From Ilumatobacteraceae bacterium (GTDB lineage Bacteria; Actinomycetota; Acidimicrobiia; Acidimicrobiales; Ilumatobacteraceae), in NCBI GenBank assembly GCA_040401775.1, contig JBBANV010000006.1, forward strand, positions 11,211 to 43,275: DNA of 32,065 nt, in the 5' to 3' direction. The position numbers and the translations under genes are program-made. Below, piece after piece: positions 8,721-17,320 of the stretch; position 1 is the first letter of the stretch, and the number at the start of each line of letters is the position of its first letter. The notes below the pieces were generated by a model. The model ran no database searches and was not told where the DNA came from. It was given only the letters and a program-made list of their open reading frames with translations.

Positions 8721-8834
8721 GAGAAGTCCTCCCTACTCACATTGTGGTCGTTGGACCATGCGGCCATTCCTACTCACCGTGCTTGTGCCTGCCCTCACAT
8801 GTTGTCGAAGTGACATTTGTAACGGTCAAGCTAA

Positions 8835-8846
8835 ATACTATACAGT
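8835..8846. promoter_or_regulatory. Dyad site B: ATACTA|TACAGT
   Basis: It lies in the divergent gap between the SDR operon (-) and the ABC importer operon (+). Both halves fit TANNNT read outward (TAGTAT on the minus strand, TACAGT on the plus strand). The predicted plus-strand TSS is near 8853, which leaves a roughly 23-nt leader carrying the SD AAGGGGGG. Confidence 0.5.
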
Positions 8847-8875
8847 TACGAACGAGTCCTTTCAAAGGGGGGAAC

Positions 8876-10471
8876 ATGAAACCAAACCGAAAAGCCCGTA
8901 CATCGGGGCGACGTCGCGGTATTGCTTTCGCACTTGTTGCAGCACTCGCTGTAGCAGCGTGCGGAGGTAGCGACGACGCAAGTGAATCAGCCGATGATTC
9001 CGCAACTGAGGAAACAACGGCACCTGAAGCAGCTTCAGGGGAAACCAAGACGACACTGACCATCGTGTCGCCACAGGAACCAGCCAGCTGGAACTACTAC
9101 GAAGTTGCTGCAAACGCTCTGCGCGTGCCGACCTTCAAGAACGTCCAGGAAACCGTGGTGGAACTGAACACCGACGGAACCATCACACCGATGTTGGCGG
9201 AATCATGGGAAGTGAGCGCCGACGGTCTTGTCTATACCTTCAAGATTCGTTCGGGTGTCAAGTTCCATGACGGATCCGACCTGGATGCAGCCGACGTGGC
9301 GTACTCGATGGAGATCAACGCCAAGTCGCCGAACAGCAAGCTCAGTGCCCCGCACGTCAACGTGGCGAGTGTCGAGGCCACCGATGCGAGCACCGTCGTC
9401 ATCACGCTGAAGCAGGTCAGCTCGACGTTCCTCAAGGAACTCGGCATGTCGGCCGGATACGTGGTGCCGGAGAACTTCCTCACGGACAACGATCCAAACA
9501 CCACCATGATCGGAACCGGTCCATGGTCGTTCGGTGAGTACTTGCCGGACACCAGCCTGACCCTGAACCGCTTCGCGGACTACTGGGGCGAGGCACCGTT
9601 CTTCGACACCTTGGTGTGGCTCTTCATCGACGACGAAACTGCGTCACTCAACGGCATGCTTGCCGGCGAGTACGACCTGAACGTCGCCGTGTTGGCCGAA
9701 GGAATCGAGCGCGTCGACTCGTTCGAGACAGATCCGAACTTCACCGTCACCCTCCAGGGCTCGACGGAGAACTCGTACATGTGGCTCAACGTCAACGACA
9801 AGCGATTCCAGGACATCCGTGTTCGCCAGGCGATCGCCCACGCGATCAACCGCGAGGAAGCAATCGCCGTGTACAACGGTGATGCGCGACCAACCTGCCT
9901 CATGGTGATGCCGGATTCAGAGCCGTACAACAGCGACTACTGCCCATACACATTCGATCCAGAGAAGTCCAAGGCCCTCTTGAAGGAAGCCGGCTACGAA
10001 GGCATCGAAATCGACTACCCATTCGTGACGGTTGCTTCGCACCCATTCACGATGGAAGTCCTCACGCAGCAGTTGGCTGCCGCTGGTATCACGGTGAAGA
10101 GCCGTGGTGAAGACCTCACCACCTGGCTCGACAAGACGTGGACCAAGGGCAACTACGAGATGAGCGAAATCCGCGACTCCGCAAGCATCCTGCAATTCGG
10201 TTGCAAGGGTGGACGTGAGCCGTTGGGCAAGAGCTCGAGCTTGTGCATCCCAGAGTTCGAGGACAAGTTGGCCAAGGCCGATGCGTTCCTCAACTACGAC
10301 GATCACTTGGCCGCAATGAGCGACCTTGCAAAGACCTTCGCCGACCTGGCCTGGGTGAATGCAATCGCCGCCGTGCAGGTGCCGATGATCTCGAGGGCTG
10401 ACCTGACAGGTGTACCCGCCGTGCGAATCAACGACGGTGTCGACCTGCGCAAGGCCCGTTGGGGTAACTAA
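8876..10471 (+). CDS. ABC transporter substrate-binding lipoprotein, family 5 (peptide/nickel/oligosaccharide type)
   Basis: The ORF is open from 8744, but ATG at 8876 follows AAGGGGGG and yields a lipoprotein signal peptide (MKPNRKARTSGRRRGIAFALVAALAVAACGGSDD, lipobox VAAC). The mature part looks like SBP_bac_5 (ESWEVSADGLVYTFKIRSGVKFHDGS). Confidence 0.88.
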   Translation: MKPNRKARTSGRRRGIAFALVAALAVAACGGSDDASESADDSATEETTAPEAASGETKTTLTIVSPQEPASWNYYEVAANALRVPTFKNVQETVVELNTDGTITPMLAESWEVSADGLVYTFKIRSGVKFHDGSDLDAADVAYSMEINAKSPNSKLSAPHVNVASVEATDASTVVITLKQVSSTFLKELGMSAGYVVPENFLTDNDPNTTMIGTGPWSFGEYLPDTSLTLNRFADYWGEAPFFDTLVWLFIDDETASLNGMLAGEYDLNVAVLAEGIERVDSFETDPNFTVTLQGSTENSYMWLNVNDKRFQDIRVRQAIAHAINREEAIAVYNGDARPTCLMVMPDSEPYNSDYCPYTFDPEKSKALLKEAGYEGIEIDYPFVTVASHPFTMEVLTQQLAAAGITVKSRGEDLTTWLDKTWTKGNYEMSEIRDSASILQFGCKGGREPLGKSSSLCIPEFEDKLAKADAFLNYDDHLAAMSDLAKTFADLAWVNAIAAVQVPMISRADLTGVPAVRINDGVDLRKARWGN

Positions 10472-10478
10472 GTGAATG

Positions 10479-10513
10479 GTGTGGTGGTTCAGCCCAATGC
10501 TGAACCACCACAC
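10479..10513 (+). other. Perfect 14-bp stem-loop (GTGTGGTGGTTCAG-cccaatg-CTGAACCACCACAC) just after the SBP stop
   Basis: I base-paired it by hand: 10479-10492 pairs with 10500-10513, with a 7-nt loop. It starts 8 nt after TAA at 10469-10471. Confidence 0.7.
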
Positions 10514-10519
10514 ACGGTG

Positions 10520-10565
10520 ATGACCGTCCGGCGGTTGCGTACCGTCGGACGGTCATTTACTTTGT
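10520..10565 (+). terminator. Intrinsic-terminator-like hairpin (16-bp stem with one G-U, 5-nt loop) followed by TTACTTTGT
   Basis: 10520-10535 pairs with 10541-10556, and a T-rich tail follows at 10557-10565. It sits inside the ABC operon between the SBP gene and the first permease gene, so it is a candidate partial terminator or mRNA stabiliser. Confidence 0.6.
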
Positions 10566-10589
10566 GGGAATATCTGGAGGGGTAAGAAC

Positions 10590-11549
10590 ATGTTGAAGCA
10601 CATCCTGCGCTCGTTCTTCACACTGGTGTTTACGGCGTTCGTCGGTTCGATTGCCGTCTTCGTTCTTCTGCGACAGCTCGGCGGTGACATCGTCACCGTC
10701 TTCCTCGGTCGCGACGCCGCGCCGATCGACGTTTCGTACATGCGAGAGGAGCTCGGTTTGAACGACCCGCTCATCATGCAGTACCTCAAATGGCTCGGTG
10801 GCATCGTCACCGGCGACCTGGGCAAGTCGTACGGGATGGGGTACGACATCTTTAGTGAAATGGTGCGGCGTCTGGGCCCAACGCTCATGCTCACCCTTGG
10901 TGGACTTCTCGTTTCCGTTCCACTCTCACTCGTTCTTGGCACGTATTCGGCAATCAATGCCAAGAAGCTCCGCAGCAGTTTCGTCGACGTGTTCACCCAA
11001 GTGGGAATCGCAATACCCGCCTTCTGGGGTGGACTGCTCTTCGTTCTCGTCTTTGCCGTGCGACTTGGTTGGCTACCCACCGGTGGATATGTGCCATTCA
11101 CCGAAGATCCAATCCAAGCAATTCGATCCGCGATTCTTCCTGTGTCTGCTCTCAGTCTCGGTGTCACTTCCGTCTTCACTCGATACGTGCGCACTGCCAT
11201 GCTCGACGTCATGAACGAGGACTTCATGCGTTCGGCCATGGCCCGAGGTCGCACTCGTCGCGGTGCAGCGTTGGTGCACGGAGTGCGCAACGCTTCGATT
11301 CCACTCGTTACCGTCGCTGCGTTGCAGTTTGGTCAGCTCATCGCCGGCGCAGTAGTCATCGAAAACGTCTTCGTCCTCCCGGGAATCGGCCGGCTCATCG
11401 TCACGGCCACGCTCGGTCGCGAAGTGGTGGTCGTTCAGTCCTTGGCGCTCGTCATCATGCTCATCATCCTGGTGCTCAACTTCGTCGTTGACATCGCCTA
11501 CGGATTCCTCGATCCACGTATCCGAGACAAGGAGTCGTCCGATGCCTGA
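10590..11549 (+). CDS. ABC transporter permease (DppB/OppB-like)
   Basis: 319 aa, ATG preceded by CTGGAGGGG. The N-terminus MLKHILRSFFTLVFTAFVGSIAVFVLL is typical of the family. Multi-TM protein with an EAA-like loop (MRSAMARGRTRRGAALVHGVRNA). Confidence 0.88.
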   Translation: MLKHILRSFFTLVFTAFVGSIAVFVLLRQLGGDIVTVFLGRDAAPIDVSYMREELGLNDPLIMQYLKWLGGIVTGDLGKSYGMGYDIFSEMVRRLGPTLMLTLGGLLVSVPLSLVLGTYSAINAKKLRSSFVDVFTQVGIAIPAFWGGLLFVLVFAVRLGWLPTGGYVPFTEDPIQAIRSAILPVSALSLGVTSVFTRYVRTAMLDVMNEDFMRSAMARGRTRRGAALVHGVRNASIPLVTVAALQFGQLIAGAVVIENVFVLPGIGRLIVTATLGREVVVVQSLALVIMLIILVLNFVVDIAYGFLDPRIRDKESSDA

Positions 11550-12438
11550 CACCTCTGTAACTTCCACCGTCGACGATGCACGGCCACTCAAGCCGTCGCT
11601 GGGGAAACGACTCCGCAAACTTCCACTCACGCTGTACCTCGGCGGCACCCTCGTGTCGCTCTTCGTGTTGGTGGCAATGGTGTCGTTCGTATGGACTCCG
11701 TACCCGGCCAACAAGCTCAACCTCACCAATCGACTCGCACCACCGGGAACCCCTGGCTTCCTCTTCGGCACCGATCGCGCGGGGCGCGACGTCGTCACCG
11801 AACTCATGCTCGGTGCCCGAAACTCGCTCTACGTAAGCGTGGTATCCACGATCGTCGCGATGTTCCTCGGCGCACTGATCGGACTTTCCATCGCGGGATC
11901 GCGCCGAACATTGCAGGGGCCGTTCACGCGCCTCGTCGATGCTGGTCTGGCCCTACCGGGAATCCTCACCGCCCTCGTGCTGGCGGCCAAACTCGGGCCC
12001 GGCAACACCACGGCCACCCTTGCCATCATCACCTGGCAGGTACCCGTCGCTGCGCGAGTCACCATCGGACCGGCACGACAAATTCTGGCCCTCGACTACG
12101 TGGAGGCTGCCTACGGTTACGGACGCACGAAGGCATACGTCTTGCGACGTCATGTGTTGCCCAACATCAGTCCACTGCTCATCGTGCTCGGCTCGGTGAT
12201 GTTCGCAGCTGCGATCCTGATCGAAGCTGCGCTCGCCTTCTTGAGCGTGGGTGTTCAACCCCCGACTTCGTCATGGGGTCGCTTCCTCAACGAAACACAG
12301 TCGCTGCTCGAAGCAGCGCCGTACCTCATGTTCTTCCCCGGGGTGGCAATCGTGCTGACGGCATTGGGCTTCAACCTGCTGGGTGATGGGCTGCGCACGG
12401 TTCTGGATCCACAACAAGCTCGAACGGGAGTCGCGTGA
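11542..12438 (+). CDS. ABC transporter permease (DppC/OppC-like)
   Basis: I chose ATG at 11542 (MPDTSVTS...), which gives an 8-nt ATGCCTGA overlap with the upstream stop. The ORF-track start at 11488 is an alternative. Multi-TM protein with the conserved YVEAAYGYGRTKAYVLRRHVLPN loop. Confidence 0.85.
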   Translation: MPDTSVTSTVDDARPLKPSLGKRLRKLPLTLYLGGTLVSLFVLVAMVSFVWTPYPANKLNLTNRLAPPGTPGFLFGTDRAGRDVVTELMLGARNSLYVSVVSTIVAMFLGALIGLSIAGSRRTLQGPFTRLVDAGLALPGILTALVLAAKLGPGNTTATLAIITWQVPVAARVTIGPARQILALDYVEAAYGYGRTKAYVLRRHVLPNISPLLIVLGSVMFAAAILIEAALAFLSVGVQPPTSSWGRFLNETQSLLEAAPYLMFFPGVAIVLTALGFNLLGDGLRTVLDPQQARTGVA

Positions 12439-13409
12439 TGTTGCACCTACGGAATCTGCGCGTCACCATCGACGATCACGAGATCATCAACATCGACGAT
12501 CTCGCCCTGCAGCCAGGAGCGCGACTTGGTTTGGTTGGTGAATCCGGTTCTGGCAAGACCATGACCGCCAAGGCCATCGCCGGTCTGCTGCCAAACGAGG
12601 CGAAGGTGTCGGGTGAAGTGAATTTCGACGGACAGAACCTGCTTACGCTCAGCGATCGCGAGCTTGCCAAAGTACGCGGCAAGCGAATCGGATTCGTGTT
12701 CCAGGATCCTGCCCGCTCACTCAATCCGATGATGCGTATCGGCAAACAAGTTTCTGAGGCGATTCGCATCCACACCGACCTGAAGGGGCAGGCGGTGACG
12801 GACAAGGTCGTGGACTTGCTGCGACAGGTACAACTACCGGAACCCGAAACGCTTCTGCGTCGTTACCCGCACCAGCTGTCTGGTGGGCAACAACAACGAG
12901 TGATGATCGCCGCAGCGATCGCTGCCGACCCGGAACTCCTCATTGCCGACGAACCGACGACCGCGCTCGATGTGACGGTGCAGGAAGAAATCCTGCGTCT
13001 TCTCATCTCCCTGAGCGAGCAACGCAAGATGAGCCTGCTCTTCGTCAGCCACGACCTCGGCGTCGTTCGATTCGTCTGTAACAACGTGGCGGTCATCTAC
13101 GGAGGCAACATCGTCGAAGCCGGTGACATTGACAACATCATCAACCACCCCAAGCATCGCTACACGGCGGCACTCCTCGCGGCCAACCCAGGTATGCCCA
13201 AGGACGACAACTTCTCGGCATTCATCGGGCGCCGTCTGCAAACGATTACGGGATCAGTTCCGCCGGTCGGCAGATTCCCGAGTGGCTGCCGATTCCGCAA
13301 CCGTTGTCAGCATGCGTCGGAGCAGTGTGCAACCACTCCGCCAGTCACCACCAGCACGCCCGATCATCGCTATCTCTGCTGGCACCCCGAACAAGGAGGT
13401 CAGTCGTGA
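12435..13409 (+). CDS. ABC transporter ATP-binding protein (DppD/OppD-like)
   Basis: Walker A GESGSGKT, signature LSGGQQQR, Walker B LLIADEPTTALD, and the C-terminal Cys-rich oligopeptide-type tail (GCRFRNRCQHASEQC). GTG at 12435 overlaps the permease stop (GTGA). ATG at 12438 is equally possible. Confidence 0.88.
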   Translation: MMLHLRNLRVTIDDHEIINIDDLALQPGARLGLVGESGSGKTMTAKAIAGLLPNEAKVSGEVNFDGQNLLTLSDRELAKVRGKRIGFVFQDPARSLNPMMRIGKQVSEAIRIHTDLKGQAVTDKVVDLLRQVQLPEPETLLRRYPHQLSGGQQQRVMIAAAIAADPELLIADEPTTALDVTVQEEILRLLISLSEQRKMSLLFVSHDLGVVRFVCNNVAVIYGGNIVEAGDIDNIINHPKHRYTAALLAANPGMPKDDNFSAFIGRRLQTITGSVPPVGRFPSGCRFRNRCQHASEQCATTPPVTTSTPDHRYLCWHPEQGGQS

Positions 13410-14212
13410 CTTCATCACCCACACCGCATTCGCCACTCGTGGCCGTGGAGAAGATGTCCTTCCACTATCCGCGTGCTCGTATCACTGCCGGTGGTGCAGG
13501 CTGGACGCTGCAGGACATTTCCCTAGCAATCAACCTCAAGTCCACGGTAGGAATCGTCGGCGAATCGGGCTCCGGAAAGTCCACCCTCATTCGCGTGATG
13601 TGCGGTCTGCTGCGACATCAGCAAGGCAACGTGCGATTCAACGGTAAGGACATCACTGAATACCAAGGTGACGGCGCCAACGAACTCCGACGCCAGAACC
13701 AGATCGTGTTCCAGAATCCGCGTCGATCCCTCGATCCTCGTATGACCATTCGTCGCTCACTCACCGAACCGATTCGTGCCCTGCAAGATCGCACCCCGGA
13801 CGACGACGAACTCGTCAGCTCCATCAAACGAGTGGGCTTGGGACCAGAAGTGCTCTCTCGTTTCCCACACCAGCTCTCCGGTGGGCAGCTCCAGCGAGTT
13901 GGCATCGCACGATCACTCTCGGTGAACCCAACCATCCTGTACGCCGATGAGCCCGTCAGCGCACTCGATGTTTCGGTACAAGCACAGGTGTTGAACCTGC
14001 TCATGGACCTGCGCGACCAGATGGGTCTCACGCTCGTCATGGTGTCGCACGACCTCGGCGTCGTTAGCCGAATGTGTGAAGACATCGTCGTGATGCGCCA
14101 TGGTCACATCGTCGAAGCTGGTCGCACTTCTGATGTGCTGTCGCGACCATCGTCGGACTACACCGCCACCCTCTTGAAGGCGGCGCGAGCGGCAAGCCTC
14201 GAACGCTCCTAG
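13406..14212 (+). CDS. ABC transporter ATP-binding protein (DppF/OppF-like)
   Basis: Walker A GESGSGKS, signature LSGGQLQR, Walker B ILYADEPVSALD. I chose GTG at 13406, which forms a GTGA overlap with the upstream stop and has AAGGAGG at 13393-13399. The ORF-track start at 13304 would overlap the previous gene by 106 nt. Confidence 0.86.
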   Translation: MTSSPTPHSPLVAVEKMSFHYPRARITAGGAGWTLQDISLAINLKSTVGIVGESGSGKSTLIRVMCGLLRHQQGNVRFNGKDITEYQGDGANELRRQNQIVFQNPRRSLDPRMTIRRSLTEPIRALQDRTPDDDELVSSIKRVGLGPEVLSRFPHQLSGGQLQRVGIARSLSVNPTILYADEPVSALDVSVQAQVLNLLMDLRDQMGLTLVMVSHDLGVVSRMCEDIVVMRHGHIVEAGRTSDVLSRPSSDYTATLLKAARAASLERS

Positions 14213-14225
14213 CCATCGCTGCACC

Positions 14226-14240
14226 GTGCCTTGCAGGCAC
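14226..14240 (+). terminator. Small hairpin GTGCCT-tgc-AGGCAC after the ABC operon
   Basis: 6-bp stem with a 3-nt loop, 14 nt after the stop at 14212. There is no U-tract, so this is a weak candidate. Confidence 0.25.
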
Positions 14241-14247
14241 AAGGCGA

Positions 14248-14259
14248 ACTATATAGACT
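14248..14259. promoter_or_regulatory. Dyad site C: ACTATA|TAGACT, ending 6 nt before the PhyH-like ATG
   Basis: TAGACT (14254-14259) fits TANNNT and lies 6 nt upstream of ATG 14266, with no SD in between. That is leaderless-mRNA geometry. The left half also fits TANNNT on the minus strand (TATAGT), although no divergent gene exists there. Confidence 0.5.
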
Positions 14260-14265
14260 TTTCGC

Positions 14266-15252
14266 ATGAGCAATCGCTCGTCGCTCACCCCCGAGCAGTT
14301 GGATCACTTCCAACGCGAGGGCTACGTAGTCGTTCGTCAGGCGTTCGATCCCGAACGTTGGCTTACGCCGTTGTTGCGTGAATACGAGGACGTGCTCGAC
14401 CGCCTGGCTCACAAGCTCTTCGCTGAAGGTCGCATCTCGAGTCTGTACGACCACCTGCCATTTGGTGAACGATTCGTCGAGGTATGCGCGGAGTCCAACG
14501 ACACGAACCACCAATTCTTCGACTTTTCGTTGCCACAAGGAAACATCAAGCACGACACCCCCATGTGGCACGGTCCAGCGGTGTTCAACATGCTCCGCTG
14601 CCCCGAACTCCTGAATCTGGTCGAGGGTTTCATCGGTCCCGAGATCTACTCCAACCCGGTGCAACATGTGCGCATCAAGATGCCCGAGTCGCGCGAGCCA
14701 CGCGATACCACCACCGGTGCCCTCAAGATGGGCGCCACCAACTGGCACCAAGACAACGGTGTCGTCACGCCGGATGCCGACGACACGCGGATGCTCACCG
14801 TGTGGTTCCCGCTGCGATACGCGGGGCTCGAACACGGATGTTTGCAAGTCGTCCCACGTACTCACGAACGAGGACTGATGCCGCACTGTCCCGCTGGGCC
14901 AGGTGGGCTGCAGGTGCCAGAGAAAGTCGTCTCGCGCGATGGAGCAGTGGCGCTACCGATGCATCCTGGCGACTTGTTGTTCATCGACAAGATGACACTG
15001 CACAACTCGCTGCCCAATACCAGCAAGGAAATCCGTATCAGTTTCGACTTGCGCTACAACCCGGTTGGCCAGCCGACGGGTCGTGGAGCATTTCCCGGTT
15101 TCGTTGCTCGTAGTGCCCAGGCACCGCATACCGAACTGCGTGATGCCGACGAGTGGGCACAGCTGTGGGTGAACGCCCGCCAAGAGTTGGCCGACGCCCC
15201 TGCGTTGAAGCCGTTCAATCGCTGGAGCGCCGACGCTCCTGTCTGCGCATAA
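14266..15252 (+). CDS. Phytanoyl-CoA dioxygenase (PhyH) family Fe(II)/2-oxoglutarate oxygenase
   Basis: 328 aa. The N-terminus LTPEQLDHFQREGYVVVRQAFD is a classic PhyH start. WHQD (HxD facial-triad candidate) and a downstream LHNS histidine are present. Confidence 0.82.
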   Translation: MSNRSSLTPEQLDHFQREGYVVVRQAFDPERWLTPLLREYEDVLDRLAHKLFAEGRISSLYDHLPFGERFVEVCAESNDTNHQFFDFSLPQGNIKHDTPMWHGPAVFNMLRCPELLNLVEGFIGPEIYSNPVQHVRIKMPESREPRDTTTGALKMGATNWHQDNGVVTPDADDTRMLTVWFPLRYAGLEHGCLQVVPRTHERGLMPHCPAGPGGLQVPEKVVSRDGAVALPMHPGDLLFIDKMTLHNSLPNTSKEIRISFDLRYNPVGQPTGRGAFPGFVARSAQAPHTELRDADEWAQLWVNARQELADAPALKPFNRWSADAPVCA

Positions 15253-15271
15253 CGCCGACTCGTCGTAGTGA

Positions 15272-16141
15272 CTAGCCCTGCGGGGTGCCAAAGGGCGTGT
15301 AGCCGCGACCGGCAACTCCAGGTCGACACGCAAACAGCGATCCAGCCGACGGATTGGCGTGTCGACGTGCGTCATCAAGATCAACCGTTGCTGACGTGAT
15401 GTAGAGGGTGCGCAAGTCGACACCGCCAAACGCACAGCTCGTGATCCAACCTCCGGGCACGTCGATACGACAATCGATCTCACCACTCGGGCTCAGTCGA
15501 ACGACGCCGCCTCCGTCCCAGAGTGCGACCCAGATGCCACCTTCCATGTCCACCGACACGCCGTCGGGCAACACATCGAACGTGGCGATGGTGCGCTCGG
15601 AGACGGGGAATCCGTTGTCGTCAAGACTCAGCTCATCAACCGTGCGATGCAACGAATCGACGTGGTAGCACTTGGATCCGTCGGGACTCCAATCGATGCC
15701 GTTCGAAAGTGCGCGGCCCGAACGAACACGCCGCACGAAGCCCGAGTCATCAACGCAGAACACGCCGGCTCGATGTTCGCCGCTGCGGTCGACCGTGCCA
15801 ATCCACAGACGTCCATGCGGATCGCATCGTCCGTCATTGGCTCGGCCGTCCCCATCGGGTGGTAGTTCGGCCAAGACCGATCCAATCGCTCCCGAGGCAT
15901 TCAACGTGCCCACCTCGAGACCGGACACCGCCAACAACTCACCAGTACTCGTCGGTACCACCACGCTGGTCGGCGAACTCACCACTACTTCTTCATGCCG
16001 TCCGTCGCCGTACAAACGATGCAGAAGACGGCCGTCGATATCCAACCACAACAAGGTGGAGGTGGCGGCGTCCCACGTGACCCCCTCACCCAACAGGCTC
16101 CGACACTCCACCACCAGGTCGACCGACATCTCAGCCCCCAT
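15272..16141 (-). CDS. SMP-30/gluconolactonase/LRE-family lactonase
   Basis: 289 aa. It has LGEGVTWD near the N-terminus, repeated beta-propeller-like DG/DP blades, and NGIDWSPDG. ATG at 16129 (MSVDL...) is an alternative start. Confidence 0.85.
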   Translation of the reverse strand: MGAEMSVDLVVECRSLLGEGVTWDAATSTLLWLDIDGRLLHRLYGDGRHEEVVVSSPTSVVVPTSTGELLAVSGLEVGTLNASGAIGSVLAELPPDGDGRANDGRCDPHGRLWIGTVDRSGEHRAGVFCVDDSGFVRRVRSGRALSNGIDWSPDGSKCYHVDSLHRTVDELSLDDNGFPVSERTIATFDVLPDGVSVDMEGGIWVALWDGGGVVRLSPSGEIDCRIDVPGGWITSCAFGGVDLRTLYITSATVDLDDARRHANPSAGSLFACRPGVAGRGYTPFGTPQG

Positions 16142-16193
16142 GCTTACCGCCCCACAGTGGCCCTGGTAATTGGCGATTCATATGTGCTAGAAA

Positions 16194-16205
16194 AGATTAT
16201 AAACT
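16194..16205. promoter_or_regulatory. Dyad site D: AGATTA|TAAACT (inside the exact 13-mer AAAGATTATAAAC, 16192-16204)
   Basis: It lies in the divergent gap between the lactonase (-) and the ADH-UxuA operon (+). The minus strand reads TATAAT/TAATCT and the plus strand reads TAAACT. The 13-mer is identical to the one at 18750-18762. Confidence 0.55.
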
Positions 16206-16226
16206 CGTCACCACAAGGGGGACACC

Positions 16227-17318
16227 ATGTTGATCAACGCACCAGTGCTCATGAAGCCGAAGGAAAAGATGCAAATGCTCGAGCTCGAGCTCGACGAGCC
16301 ACGGTTCGGCGAGGTTCGCGTCAAGATGGTGGCCAGCGGCGTATGCCACAGCTGTCTCCACGCCTACGACGGCTCGCATACCGGCATCCCGATGCCAATC
16401 GTGCTCGGTGACGAGGGTTCGGGCATCGTCGATGCCGTTGGAGCCGGCGTTTCGCACCTCCAAAAGGGCGACCACGTCGTCATCTCTTGGGCACCGTCGT
16501 GCAACAGTTGCAAGTACTGCAACCTCGGGTTCCCTGCACTGTGCCTCAACACGCCAGCGATCGGCAAGACCACCGGTGACGTCACGATGTTCCACCACAA
16601 AGGCGAAGATGTGTACCACTACGGTCCTGCAACCTACGGCTCGTACATCGTGGTGCCGGAGTCCGCAGCAGTGAAGATTCGCAAAGACTTCCCACTCGAG
16701 GCCGCAGCACTCATTGGCTGCTCGGTCGCCACGGGCTTTGGATCCGCAGTCAACAGCGCCGGATTGCGCGCCGGTCAGAGCGTCGCCGTCTTTGGTTGCG
16801 GTGGTGTCGGACTCAACGCCATCCAAGGTGCCGTTGCCACGGGTGCCTATCCGATCATCGGTGTCGACGTACTCGACTCCAAGCTCGACATGGCACGTCA
16901 CTTTGGTGCAACCCACACCATCAACTTGGCAAAGCAAGATCTTGAGGCCGAGGTGAAGAAACTCACCGGCAGTGGTGTCGACGCTTCGATCATCGCGGTC
17001 GGTAGCAGCAAGGCGATGGAACAGGGGCTTACGATTCTCGCCAAGCAAGGCATCGAGGTAATCCTCGGTCTGCCTGGTCAGGGCGAGAAGTTCCCCGTCG
17101 ACCCATGGTTGCTGATGGGTGGCGAGCGCAGAATCGTCGGATCCCGTTACGGCACCAGCAATCCACTCGTGGAATTCCCCAAGCTCGTCGAACTTGCCAT
17201 GTCGGGACGAATCAAGATCGAAGAGCTCGTGACGAAGCGTTACGACCTCGACGAAGCCGATGAGGCGTTCCGATCACTGGCTGCCGGCGAGCAGGCGCGC
17301 GGACTCATCGTCTTTTAG
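16227..17318 (+). CDS. Zinc-type medium-chain alcohol/polyol dehydrogenase (MDR family)
   Basis: 363 aa, ATG after AAGGGGGA. Contains GVCHSCLH (catalytic Cys), the structural-Zn motif CNSCKYCNLGFPALC, and the Rossmann motif VFGCGGVGLNA. The usual GHE motif reads GDE here. Confidence 0.86.
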   Translation: MLINAPVLMKPKEKMQMLELELDEPRFGEVRVKMVASGVCHSCLHAYDGSHTGIPMPIVLGDEGSGIVDAVGAGVSHLQKGDHVVISWAPSCNSCKYCNLGFPALCLNTPAIGKTTGDVTMFHHKGEDVYHYGPATYGSYIVVPESAAVKIRKDFPLEAAALIGCSVATGFGSAVNSAGLRAGQSVAVFGCGGVGLNAIQGAVATGAYPIIGVDVLDSKLDMARHFGATHTINLAKQDLEAEVKKLTGSGVDASIIAVGSSKAMEQGLTILAKQGIEVILGLPGQGEKFPVDPWLLMGGERRIVGSRYGTSNPLVEFPKLVELAMSGRIKIEELVTKRYDLDEADEAFRSLAAGEQARGLIVF

Positions 17319-17320
17319 CC

